A DNA stretch of 63,000 nt, the filler included, from Kipferlia bialata (taxonomy: Eukaryota), in assembly GCA_003568945.1 (NCBI GenBank). It is 7 parts of 7 records of this genome, joined end to end, with 100 filler letters (N's around TTAATTAATTAA, not from the genome) between each part and the next. Parts side by side here need not be neighbours in the genome. Positions count along the whole stretch, not along the records: positions 23,352 to 35,111 come from BDIP01001188.1; positions 35,212 to 46,957 come from BDIP01001189.1; 5 more parts are not named here. One strand, written 5' to 3'. Below are positions 26,401-38,465 of this stretch, one piece after another. The notes under the pieces were generated by a model, which ran no database searches, was not told the origin of the DNA, and saw nothing but the letters and a program-made list of their open reading frames with translations. The position numbers and the translations under genes are program-made. The first letter of the stretch is position 1, and each line of letters opens with the position of its first letter.

Positions 26401-28874
26401 CCTCACCCCTCACCCCTCACCCCCAGACCAGGGTCCAGCCCACCTCCGTCACCACCAACCTGGGCCGGAGTGCCACAGTCAAGGTACAGTAATAGTACAT
26501 TATAGTAAGAGTATTAATTATTGTACGGAATTCATTTATATTGAGATGTGTGTATGTGTCTCTCGCAGTATTTCTCTTGTATATGTACCGGCATATCTGT
26601 TATCTAACCCCAGAACACCACCCGTCGCATGAAGGGAGACAGCACCCCTGGCGGAAACACAGACCCCCAGGTACAGTGATGCATCTAACCCTAACTGAAA
26701 GTGCATCTGTCTTCCACTCTCCCTCTCCCTCTCTCCCTCACCCCCCAGACCAAGGGCGCCAGACTGGTGAGAGTGCCCAGGACAAGGGCAGACTGCTGGG
26801 AGTTCAATGACCTCAGCAGGTACAGCACTACATGCTATATATATGTCTTCCCCCATATGTGTATATATACCTCTGACCCCCAGGCGTGACAAGGCACTCC
26901 TCAAGAGAGAGCTGGGGGAGGCATTCTGGGGACCCCAGGTGTCAGCCGCAGCCAAGGCAGCTCAGGTGGGGAGGATACTTGTTAAGCTGGCAGGGACTAT
27001 GATGTATTTACACGGAATGTCTCTCTCTCCCACTCACTCTTCAGGTTGAGGTTCATAATCTGCAGGCTCCCGTGCGTACATCCACCCTGAGACCCGATAG
27101 ACCATATGAGGTATGGGAGTGTGACAGTGTGTATAGATACTATGTAATTATGTATGTGAGAGTATCTACCACTAACCGTAGGCCAAGAAAAAGGATATTC
27201 TGACCCACCACCATGCCATGCAGAGGGTGCACCAGCAGGTATGGGTTTGAGGGGATTTGTACTTTTCTGTATTACTCTAACTATATATAGTGCTGTATGC
27301 GTCAGGTCGCCAGCAGAAGAATGACCTGTTTGTATTAGGGTGTCTCTGTCTCTAACCGCAGAACATGCACGAGCTTGAGAGGCAGCGCAAGGCATCGTCC
27401 GATCAGGGAATTAGGTATTGGTGTTGGGATGTAGAAGTGTGTACAGAGACAGGTCTACTCATATGACTCCCTACATATGTTCCCTCACCCTTAGGCTGAT
27501 CGTTGCCAGTGCTCTAGTGGAGAAACACAACACCGGAGTGCAGGTACGTTGCATTGTAGTACATGTATGCAGGGAGTGGCACATACTCATGTCATCAATA
27601 CTGCAGGGTGCCTCATGGATGTGTTTATAAGTTCATATCTATCCTCACCCCCAGGTGACGTCTGTCCTTGAGAACAACTCGACACTGGCATCCAGTCAGA
27701 GGGCAGGTATGAATCATAGTGTTCTATAATTGACTTCCCTCTCCTCTCCCCCTTCTCTGGCTCCCCCCCACCCCAGGTGCCCCCCAGGTCCGTACTCTGA
27801 TCCATGCCAGGAGGGAGAGACTCACCAGGAGACTCAAGAGACTGGAGTCAAAGACAGAGTCCGAGGTGGGTGTCGCAGTGGTGGTCTCACTTCGTCTTTG
27901 TAGTTTGAGTATTGTTTGATGTATGTGTACTGACCCCAGGCCCGCAGTGCCGCTGTGCTCTCTGGGGAGAGAGAGGTTGAGCGCATCTCCTTCATAGACA
28001 TGCTGGCCTCAGTCGACAAGGTATCGGCATGGGAGTGCATAGGCAGTGACACTACAGCTCTGTATATGATGTCTACGTCTCTCACCCATAGGAGGTCAGT
28101 GAGACCGACGCTGCCGAGACTGCCCGTACCATATCAGAGGGGATGGGGTCAGGAAGAGGAGATGGTGCCACAGACGCCAAGACAGCCCTGATATCCACAC
28201 TGAGGGACAGAGAGAGAGACAGAGAGGGGGTGTCTGCCAGAGAGAGTGCCCGCTCCAACGGCACTCAGTCTGCACTGGCCATCCCGTCTCTCTCTGCCCT
28301 CTCTGAGGCTGTATCTCCCAAGAGACTCGACTTCGTCCCAGCGGCACAGAGTAAGCTGAGGGAGAGAGAACTGGCGAGGCAGAGAGAGAGAGAGGCAGCA
28401 GAGGCGGCAGAGCAAGAGATGGACGTAGACGACCTAGACATGTTTGATGGGGTGCCCAGCTACACAGAGAGTGCCCGGATAGCCGCAGAGGAGAGAGAGA
28501 GAGAGAGGATGGGTCTCAAGACCCCAACTCTCAAGCGCGAGCTGAGCTTTGTGCACCCCTCCTCCTACACCCGTGTCAGTCAGTCCCTAGTAGAGTCAAA
28601 GCTGTCCTCGGTAGACGCTAGACTCCGCAGGACATCCGGTCTCGCATTGGCCAATAGCAGTCTCCAGAAGTCAGCCTTCCGGTCAGCCAGTGTCCTAGGG
28701 GGTCGTGGTGCGTCAAGGGGTGGCATGCGGTCCCGTGGCGCCATGTCCCCCTCACCCCTCAATGTCACAGACAGACTGAGTGGGGAGACAGACATCGACG
28801 CCATCCAGAGGCGGAGCAAGGGGGTGCTCCCACCGATCGGTGGGGGGTTCGATGACGTTCTAGCTCGGTACTAG
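23422..28874 (+). CDS. Large multi-exon protein (5'-partial) containing a FAM227/FWWh-like domain and a charged low-complexity C-terminus
   Basis: Spliced 24295-24900: SAQELLRNQIAFLFTRIQQSLPMSELK|DHIFELMPYVVASAICRAFKLWFPAFV|GEFNHCVYENIVYAISGMTMYP, which resembles the FAM227 pattern Q..L..ria......KD.fF...P...a.a...aF...FP....isG (recalled, not searched). About 25 short introns. The terminal exon 28092-28874 ends FDDVLARY*. Confidence 0.6.
26380..26426 (+). repeat. Heptamer tandem repeat (CCTCACC)x6 ending in the intron acceptor
   Basis: cctcacccctcacccctcacccctcacccctcacccctcacccccag|. Confidence 0.9.
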
Positions 28875-29601
28875 ATGTGTAATAGAAACTGTGTGTCAGC
28901 CGGAGACACATTTATGTAATGGAATTGCATTCAGTCTCATATCTGGTTGCTATCAGATAATAGAGAGCGTCATCCGTCAAGACATGTAAGTCTGATACCA
29001 GCTCCCTCTATGGGGTCTCTGAGACTGCCTTTTCGAGAAGAGTTATGCATACAGGAGGTGTAATAGTAATGACATGAAATGAAGTACACTGGAATAGATA
29101 TAGAGTGATATGAGTGATCTCAAAGAGATGATAGCGTTCATTTCCAATCGAGTACGTTGACGGATACAAGTTTTTGGACACCCAAGCTTTATGTTCTGTA
29201 TATTCTTGTGGTGTATTTATTTATACTCGATTCTGGTCAGAGTGGCTGTTGGAGAACGTAGGACATTGTGGTATCTCAGAGAGTGAGGGTACCCCCAAGG
29301 ACCCACTGTTTTTCAGAGATTGTGAAAGAGTATGTTTTACTGTATATAATCATGAAAACTTACCTCTTGACATTGCTATACGTGCACATGTGAGTCACAT
29401 GATGTGACAGACCCTGGAGGGCGCCAGTCAGGATAATGAGAGACCTTCTTACGAATATAGTTCTGAAGGAGCCGCACCGGGACTTGTTCACCTATTCGAG
29501 TCTACAGTTGATTGCACTGATATAATCAGTCTGATTGATAGTGTATCAACCAGTGTAATGGATACGTTACGACACCGGTCTTCTTCAGGGCGTTAGAGTG
29601 T

Positions 29602-30369
29602 ATGGGAGGAGAGTTCTACTTGCAGGTGTTGTCAGAGGCCCAGCTCAGGGCCATACCCTCCCAAGACTGGCATGCAGCACTAGCCAAGGTTGTGTCACTA
29701 GCTAGACAGCAGCACAAGGCAACAATGGCCAGTGGTGACAAGTCAAATCATCTTGCCCAACTCTCCTTCTCTCTCGGGGGTCTATCAGCCCTGGTCATGT
29801 ATCAGAACCATAGGGACACGTGGAGACAGCCCCCGGTGGAGGTGTGCCTGCCCCCAGTGTTGTATGCAGAGACTGACACTGAGAGTGGTATCAAGGGAAG
29901 AGTATATGGTCGGCAGTATGTCGAGGCAAAGAGAATAGCAGCCGTGGCCTTCAAGACCCTATGTGATGCATTCCCCGGTGTCTTCTGTGTCGTCTGCTGT
30001 GGCGGCATGGAGGGGTGTGACCAAGGACCTGAGGGGCACAATGACTGGAAGTACTCTGGTCCCGTGGAGAGTGGGGAGGGAGGGTACCGGAGCTCATATG
30101 TACCTGGTACTCACAGCGTGTCAGACCCAGACGCTCCATATGCATTTGAAAGTGACCACAGGACAAACGCGTCTCTAATCGAGTCCAGATATGTGCTCAG
30201 TTCTATACCACTCTGCGGGAGTCCCTATAGCCAAGACCTGGGCCTGTCTGTGTGTGATGCATCCACCCACCAGGCCATACCCCAGACCATCCCTGCCTTT
30301 AAGGCCAAGGGGGTAGTTAGGAAGGGACAGACCTCAGGCAGAGGGAAGTACACAGCAAAGAGACTGTGA
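29602..30369 (+). CDS. Intronless hypothetical protein (255 aa)
   Basis: ATG-to-stop ORF of normal complexity without microsatellites, with a basic C-terminus. No family recognised. Confidence 0.6.
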   Translation: MGGEFYLQVLSEAQLRAIPSQDWHAALAKVVSLARQQHKATMASGDKSNHLAQLSFSLGGLSALVMYQNHRDTWRQPPVEVCLPPVLYAETDTESGIKGRVYGRQYVEAKRIAAVAFKTLCDAFPGVFCVVCCGGMEGCDQGPEGHNDWKYSGPVESGEGGYRSSYVPGTHSVSDPDAPYAFESDHRTNASLIESRYVLSSIPLCGSPYSQDLGLSVCDASTHQAIPQTIPAFKAKGVVRKGQTSGRGKYTAKRL

Positions 30370-30507
30370 GAACAGATTGAAGATGATTATCCGACAGTGC
30401 TGAAGCGTCATCAAACACGGCCAAGTATAGATCATCTTTATTGAATTTTGTTATCCCTTGCATCATCAACCCATCCTATCCTATGTACCCTATCAGTGTC
30501 ACGGTGT

Positions 30508-32292
30508 CTAGAAGGACTCAGAGTCACTGGTCTCCTCATCAACCTGGGGGTAAGGGAGGGCACGGAAATCTACAGTCATACATAGAGCAACTAACCAGCA
30601 AGTGACACGGTATGACATCTTACCTGGTCGTTGGGTCCAGGGACGGGGGCCTGGGCGGGTGCGTAGGCAGCACCCCACCCGGCCTGGGCGTCAGCAGCGG
30701 CAGGGGCGGCACCCCATGCGGCATCAGCGGCAGCAGGTGCACCCCAGGCAGCGGCAGCAGAGGCAGCAGGGGCCACGGGAGCACCCCAGCCACCCTGAGG
30801 GTAAGAGAGAGAGTGAAAGAGTACTATTGACAGACACGCCCACATATATATATATACATCATATATGTATAGGCACCTGTGCTGGCTGTCCTGCTGTGCT
30901 GTTGACCATGCCGTGCTGGGCCTGGTCCATCTGGCCAAAGCCCTGCGGTCAGAGGGATACATATATATAAATGTAAATAGGGGTGCCATCTGGCTAAAGC
31001 ATTGGGGAGATTGAGTAGAATACGGGATGGAGAGTCATATAATAGTATATCTCTGTACCTGTGCCTCCATGGAGGATGCATCCAGAAGGAGGTTGGCAGC
31101 AGCCTCCACGTTGCCCTGGACCCTCTGCAGCACATACCTAGGGGGGTGAGACTATATCAGAGTATGCATGAGCGACACACTTGTGACTACACCCATTGCA
31201 TATACGCACTCCTGCTCGAATGGTAACGGGGACGACAGATATAATGAAACACAATGGTATATACATTGATACATACCTGCACTCCTGCTCGTTCCTGCCT
31301 GTGATGGCCATGAGTGTGGCCATGGCGCCATCATCAGCTGGGGGGTAAGGGGGAGAGGGATTTGGGTGTGCGAGTGTGAATATACACATAGCCGTACCTC
31401 CTCCCTGCATGGGTGCCTGCTGCATGGGCATGCCCTGGGCAGGGCCAGGCTGGGGTAAGGAGGGTAGTGGAGGACACGGGAAAGGGTAGAAACAACAGAG
31501 ACATATACGACTCTCTATATCATACCACCCCACAACAGTATACCTGTCCCTGGTCCACCACTCCACTGAGGAGCAGGTTCACAGCCATGTCTCCGTTGCC
31601 ACCAGCCTGGGCCAGGGCACGCTCCACAAGGGGCCTGGGATGAGAAGGGGGGGGGGAGAGAGAGACTACACGGTGGGACCGAAATACTCCGCTGCATACT
31701 CATATCCTTGGCAACCCGTCTCGTCCCACCTGTCGAATCCCATCTCACAGATCATGGTCACGAGAGCGGGGTCGGCACCGGTGGGCTGGGGGGGCTGGGG
31801 CTGGGGTGAGGGGGGGGGGGGCAGGGGTTGGGAAAGGCAGAGTTATGGCTATGACGCCTTGCATGTATGACACTGACACACTGATACCTGGTGGGGCGGC
31901 ACTGCGAAGGGGGAGGGCTGGGGCATGGCCTGGGGGGCGGGGACGGGCATCTGGGGTCAGAGAATGGTCACACTATGGACATATATATTGCATACCTGTC
32001 TGACTGGCTGGGGTGCGTTGGGCATGGCCACAGGCTGAGGGGTGTGGACAGGGGCGGGGGTCACAAAGGGCATCTGCACGGGGCTGGGTCAGAAAATACA
32101 GAGAGAGAGAGAAGGAGAGGTCAAACGATACTATCGCCCAATATATAGAGCAATAGGGAAACCGACGAATAGAAAGACTATGACCAAATAGAATTCCACT
32201 GATTCTGAGACCCCATGATATATATATCACCGTGCCCCACCTGGCCACTGGGACTGGCTGCACTGGGGTGGCAGTGGCAACAGGGATGGCCT
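30508..32292 (-). CDS. Multi-exon protein with two UBA-like domains and P/A/Q-rich linkers (5'-partial)
   Basis: Spliced ADPALVTMICEMGFD|RPLVERALAQAGGNGDMAVNLLLSG (MGF loop, AL..GN...A...LL). Second UBA-like segment DDGAMATLMAITGRNEQECR|YVLQRVQGNVEAAANLLLD. WGA repeats; ends VDEETSDSESF*. Confidence 0.8.
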
Positions 32293-32307
32293 GAAGGTGA
32301 GGGGAGA

Positions 32308-32342
<35 letters not shown>

Positions 32343-32533
32343 CAAAACACCACCACANNNNNNNNNNNNNNNNNNNNNNNNNNNNNNNNNNNNNNNNNNN
32401 NNNNNNNNNNNNNNNNNNNNNNNNNNNNNNTTTACTATTTATACCTTCTCTTTCCTGTCAATACACCCCCCCCCCCCCCATCCCCCTCTTGAGGTCTCTG
32501 TCACCACTCTTTTACAGTTACCTCTTACCCTAG

Positions 32534-33192
32534 ACTGACATTGACCTTGTAACCCTGTCCTCTCTCTCTCTCTTTCTCTCTACTCATGTACATTCATATT
32601 CGCCTCTGACTCTAGACCGACATTGTGACGCTGTCCTCCCCTTCTCTCTCTCTCTCTATGTATTCATGTATTTTTATATTTGCCTCACATCAGACTGATA
32701 TAGACCTTGTAACCCTGTCCTCCCCCGACTACCCAGACAGAGGGGTCCAGAGGGCACACTTTGTGCCTCTATTGTGTCAGTGGTTAGTGACGCACAGGTA
32801 TATTATACGCATTATAGACTCACTGTACCGGTTCCCCCACTCTCTCTTACCCCCGGACCCAGTCTTTAGGATGTACGTATGTATATATATGTTTCTCCAT
32901 CTCTCTCTCTCTGACCCCAGGCCCAGCCTCCTTGATGACACCCGGGAGCTGTTCACAGAGATGGACGTGGAAGGTATGTGTATGTATGATTATGTATATG
33001 CATGACTATGTATAAGTTTATATATGTACATATGTGATATATATATTACAGAGATGGACGTGGAAGGTATGTATATATGTTCTCATATATATATATATAT
33101 ATACATCTATACCTATGTCTTATACGTGGAAGGTATGTATATATATGTATATACATGTGTGTGTGTTACAGAGATTTACGTGGAAGGTATGT
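32534..33192 (+). repeat. Exon echoes in the EF-hand gene
   Basis: AG|ACYGAYATW..CCTGTCCTC x3 (32534, 32616, 32694). (ACAGAGATGG)ACGTGGAAG|GTATGT x4 (about 32955, 33048, 33124, 33168). Confidence 0.88.
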
Positions 33193-33712
33193 GTATATAT
33201 GTATATATATCGGAATGATGCCTATTGTTACTAGTCTGCCACGGTGCCAAGAGCCCTTGATTAGTCTGATTCTATAGAATTGATGTATTTGTATATATGA
33301 GGTCTCTTTCACTATTATCCTAACCCAGGCCGTGGCTATGTCACCTTCCCCCAGTTCCAACAGGCCATGCAGGCCAGATCGCCAGGTCAGGGTATCAGCC
33401 ATATCAGCTATATCAGCTCTTTTGTTCTCTTTGTTTCTTAGGCAATTTTGGGCCATTCTGTCTTTAGTAGTTTCCCCCCTCATATGTGTACATGTATTTG
33501 TCTATGGGTTTCTCTCTCACATCTAGCCTTCAATGCCCCCCTTCTGTGCCACTCTGTGTTTAGCAGTATCGACACGGACAAGGACGGAATAGTGAGCTAC
33601 TCAGACCTCAGGTATTAGTGTATGTAGGCCCAGACATATATTCGTATGAATATTTGTGTGTAGATTAGTAGTGCTCACCCCCAGGAGGATGATGCTTCAA
33701 CCCAGTGTGTAG
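32694..33712 (+). CDS. EF-hand calcium-binding protein, C-terminal part (EFCAB11/centrin-like)
   Basis: Spliced LLDDTRELFTEMDVEG|RGYVTFPQFQQAMQ..LCHSVFSSIDTDKDGIVSYSDLR|RMMLQPSV*; two EF loops. Confidence 0.8.
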
Positions 33713-34482
33713 GCACATGATCAGAGGGAGAGAGAGGTTGAGGGTGATTATCAGAGGGAGAGAGGGGGTCATTGTCTAACGCTCGTCCCAACCTCTATTT
33801 CGGTTCTCGATTATCGAGGCTCCTGTATGTGCATACCCGAGTGCACCGAGCATGCGATATGGCTCAGCTTGAGTATGCATGGTACATGTTTATACTTTTC
33901 TTGCGGCACATTGTCATGAGGGCGAACCCGACGGCGTGGAGATCGCCACACATACCCAGACATACTTACATCCCCATTTGGAGTGCATATGTCAGTGGAT
34001 ATGCCCCCTCCCTCAGCCTCAACACCCATCCTTCAATTGGGCAGCGTCGTCCTCTGCCGTTGGCTGGTGGAACGTGTTCGTGGTCTCAACGTTGACCAGC
34101 ATTTTATGTTGTAAGTGTTGTGTTCTGATATCCACTTACAATGATACCTCCTACACTTTTACGTGCAGGGGTATCTATAGGTACAATATACTCAGGAACC
34201 CTTGTTTCAGTCAATCAGTAATTACAGTCTCATTATCAGACTTTGACGGTTTGATACTGATGGTATTGTAGTATACTACTATTGTAGTGGAATACTCGTT
34301 GTTGTAGTCTATTTCTGTTCCAGAGAGACTCTCGGACAGCAGTGACTCTCTTCTCTATCTTTCTCTCTTGCCTCCGCATCGAATGCATCCCACCAACCTT
34401 ATACTTGCTGATAAGTTATACTGCGTCTAATTCACTCAATCTATGTGGACGACTATACTGTCACAAAGTGTGACTCACATTA

Positions 34483-35111
34483 CTATAGTTGAAACGGCAG
34501 GGGACCCTCCCTCTCAACCCCTATGACCAGCCACCGGTTGACTCTAGGTGGCTCTTCTTCCTCCTCAGGACGTGCATCAGTCCGCGCATCACTACGTGCA
34601 TTCCTGTCAAATGTCCTGACAGGCATTGAGACCGTAGCAACCGCAACAAGGAGGGTGGATGGGTTGATCATGCTCGCAAAGAGGCACTTCTCTACCGTGA
34701 CATCTCTGCCTCGGGTCTTCTGGTGACGAAGGAAGGCCTCGAGAGAGGGTGGTGATACACTGTGTAGTTGGGTGAGACTGACAGTGTCAAACAGCTCGAG
34801 TGTGCCCTCTCCACGCATATGCTCCCGGTCAAAATGTAGTCTACATAGCAGATTGTCACTCGGTGCAAGAGGATTGTGTTCCCTGCAATTTCCATCACTT
34901 GCCCAATCTCCTGTGGAGTGAGGTATAGACACACATACTGGGAGGCTCATGCATGAGTGAAGAGTGAAGCAACCCCTATCGACGGCTGCTGTCACATGTC
35001 TCTCGCCACTACAGGGCATTGGCGCCGGTATCCCATTGGGGAGTCTCAGCAATCACCAGGGACCACCATATCTGTCTTCTCCCATGTCTCAGTCTCCAAG
35101 TCTAGCCTCCA
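34483..35111 (-). CDS. Intronless hypothetical protein, C-terminal part (possibly divergent beta-propeller family), truncated by contig end
   Basis: Open frame of more than 189 codons running to the spacer. LELFDTVSLTQL and ASMINPSTLLVAV resemble the last blade of the kelch ORF at 51076 (YDVVSDEW, CVLSPTHILLL). Confidence 0.5.
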
Positions 35112-35211
35112 NNNNNNNNNNNNNNNNNNNNNNNNNNNNNNNNNNNNNNNNNNNNTTAATTAATTAANNNNNNNNNNNNNNNNNNNNNNNNNNNNNNNNN
35201 NNNNNNNNNNN
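35112..35211. other. Artificial contig-join spacer
   Basis: N44-TTAATTAATTAA-N44. Confidence 0.98.
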
Positions 35212-36429
35212 CGTGTTCCCCCTCCTGCATACTCCCTCCCCCCCCCCCCCCCCTTCACAGCTCTATCCTATGTAGGAGAAACCCCGTGGGTAGTATAGCA
35301 TATCACATTGTCTGTATTCCATATATTCCATATAGTATTTCTATAGAGAGAAGAGAGACCCCCTATACACACACATATATATAGGCACATGCAAGAGGAG
35401 GGTTGCGTCTCCCACATCTTATACTCCTCGCCACGGGTAGTCCACAATATAACACAGTACACATGTGATATATATGGTTATCTCTAAAATAGCTTTAGGT
35501 GTATTTGTATATAAGATACTCGCACAGAAGGGACACGGGTATACTCTTCTCTGTACTTTCACCCCACATGATATGGTATATATTAAGTCATGAGTTCCCC
35601 CCGCCCCCACTCATAGCCGCAGGAGAATGAAATCGAGACTATTTGCGAGTGCGGGGGTTTACATATCGTATGAAACTATATGTATCATGCCACTGAGAAT
35701 ATGGTCTTAGATGTAGAGGTCACCCTCAGACTGAGGCCTCAGTATGACTGAGCCAGTGTTATCATGTCTAGAGTATATATCTGCTTGATTGTATTATTGA
35801 GGCTTCGAGGGAGCGTTGTAGCAAAACAAGACCCATGTGTTTACGTGGTTGTGTGTATTGTCACGGGTATAAAAGGGTCACGGGTTTCCTAGTGGTTGAA
35901 AGTCACACAAGACACCACACCAGCAACCCATTTGTTTGATCCAGAAACATAAGGGTGCAGTGACATTCATACTGAACTACATGCCACACTGAGGCCCTCG
36001 GTGCGCTTCTAGGTACATGCAAGCTAATCGATGTAATGATGCAGAGCCTATTGCTCCTCGTGGACCCTCTATCACTGTCGCGAAGACGAATGTCTTCAAT
36101 GAACGTGTGGAATGTATATTGACTCTAGAAACTAGATCAAGTTGACTCTCTAGTTACTTTTACTAACTACACCCAACTAGACTCTGGTTACTAGAGTCTA
36201 GTGAGGTGTTGTCAGCTGGCATAGGTTATAAACATCCTGTTTACAGAGATCATCGCACCCATGTTGAACGCAATAGTCGTAAATATGGTACGTAGTGGTA
36301 AGTTACCACTGGTAACAACTGACTCTCTTTTCAGTCGTATGCTGCAACGGTACTCATGGAGAATCGGAGGGTGTTGGCAGAGGCTCTATGTCATATAGGC
36401 AGTAGAGGCTCACTGTCTGGCTCCCTATT

Positions 36430-38465
36430 CTACTCGACCCCCCACTTGGCATATGCCGTGACATCCACAGCCACCTCTGCGGTGAATGGAAGGGGGTATA
36501 GATATACCTATATATGTATACACATATATACTCACTGATACTATTCCTGATACCCAGAGCCACCTCTGGGGGTGAATTATAATAGCATCACTGTTATTCT
36601 TTTGTCATTAGACTAATGACAGTCATCAGTGAATACTGCGAATTGTGGGGGAGTGTGTCACATGCAATACACGGCAAAGACAAAGGGGGAGGGGGGAACA
36701 GATATTGTTAGACTGATTCATATACGTTAGGGTATCTTGCACTCACCTAGTTCTATGTGTAACAGCTCCGCCCTGGTGATACCATTCCACCGTGTATGTA
36801 GCTGAGGGTCAGGCCATAGAGTGACACTCATATTCACAGAATTAGTTCACATGGCAGATACATATTATGCAATGAAAGTACATCAACCAGAGAAACACTC
36901 CAATGCATACCCTCAGCCATCTGGGTGAGGTGTTTGTAGGAATATGCAAGTGTATACACTGGTCATATGTATATATGTATATATGTATATATGTATACCC
37001 TTAGCAACGTGAGACTGCCCTGTCCCGTCTGAGACAGGTTGGTGTAGGAATATGCAAGTATATACATAAGTCATATGTATATATGTATATATGTGTATCT
37101 ATATACCCTTAGCATCGTGAGACTGCCCTGTCCCATCTGGATAAGGTGGCTATAGGAATCAGCAAGTGTATACATTGGTCATATGTATGCATGTGTATCT
37201 ATATACCCTTAGCAGCGTGACACTGCCCTGTCCCATCTGGGTGAGGTGGGTGTAGGCATCAGACCCATCATCATCAGAGTCAACAACATCAGAGAAGTAC
37301 CCTTCCTCATCAGTGTCTCCCTCCCATTCACTGGACCCTCTCTCCCCCTCTTCCCCCTCACTCCCATCCCCCTCCCCCGTTGTGTGTACCACCTCTCCAC
37401 TAACAAGATCTGAAAACAAGATCACTGAGTTTCTATCGTATCGAGTCACCACTGTTCTCCCCAGCACCATCTCCTGAGTATCAGAATCAGGAGTATCAGC
37501 TGTATTATCACTCTCTATAACTCTAGATACTGTCGCTGATCCTGATACCTCAGACCATATAGTATACCATATACCTATATACAATATATACAATATACCT
37601 CAGAGGGCTCAGGACTGGAGGCAGGAAGTAGGGTAACATCTCCAGTCTCGACATCGTAACTCCAGACCTATCATCAGACTACATGGAATTAGTAGTGAAA
37701 AGGGGGAGGGGGGTTCTACTGTGTGTGAGAAAAAACAGTACCAAGGTTAATAGATCACACTAGGCAGTAACACCATCTCCCAAGACGCTCTATAGAGTGC
37801 ACAGCAAAGACTGTGTATCGCATCTGATAGTTCAACAAACTCTTGTATGGGGCATTTAAGTAAGTTCAAATATCAAGTCTCTCTCACCTGGTTTTCACTC
37901 TTCGCCACAACCCTTCCTGACACTGAGTCAACTCTGAAGTCGGTGGTGTCAGCCAAATCCGCCCCATACTCTGTTCCAAGAACGATTAGGTCCACTATGT
38001 CCCACTCCCACGTGTCTAAGGACATCAAGAACATGTGGATGGGGCCATTGTCCCACTCCTATGTGAGACAATACAGAGAGTAGATTGAGTAGAAAGAACT
38101 GGAGTATGCAGTGGACATGGCCACTCACATGAGACAATAGGTACAACCGTGGAAGTAGAGACATTAGAGTTAACAGAGATAATGAAGTAGAGCATCCACC
38201 AGGCATAGCCACTCACGTCTCGTTCGCAATCGTAGTCCTCCAAGTGGCCGTAACACACCAAGGTCCCAGCTGTAACGCCTAAAGATGAGATAGAAATACA
38301 AGATGGAAATATATATAGAACAGAACGAGAGAAATATTCAGGAGTATGAAACATGAGAGTGAAGTATGAGACTGAAACAATAGAGAATGGGAACACCCCA
38401 AAGACCTCTGGGTGTGAGACAATAGTGCTATAAGTGTCCAAAACATAGCTATCAGGTCTCGTCTG
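36430..38465 (-). CDS. Multi-exon hypothetical protein with an acidic tract (5'-partial)
   Basis: Exons GVTAGTLVCYGHLEDYDCERD; ..EMVLGRTVVTRYDRNSVILFSDLVSGEVVHTTGEGDGSEGEEG..YTHLTQMGQGSVTLLR | LHTRWNGITRAELLHIEL | EVAVDVTAYAKWGVE*. Confidence 0.55.
36908..37258 (-). repeat. About 100-bp tandem unit x4 (exon 3' end + donor + intron start)
   Basis: YTHLTQMGQGSVTLLR|GTAT.. recurs at about 37207, 37107, 36998 and (deleted form) 36910. The intronic part of each unit is also homologous. Confidence 0.9.

Noticed and set aside
26380..26426. Interstitial telomeric repeat
   Set aside because: The unit equals the local branch-point motif and ends exactly at an acceptor AG; there is no evidence for the organism's telomere unit in this window.
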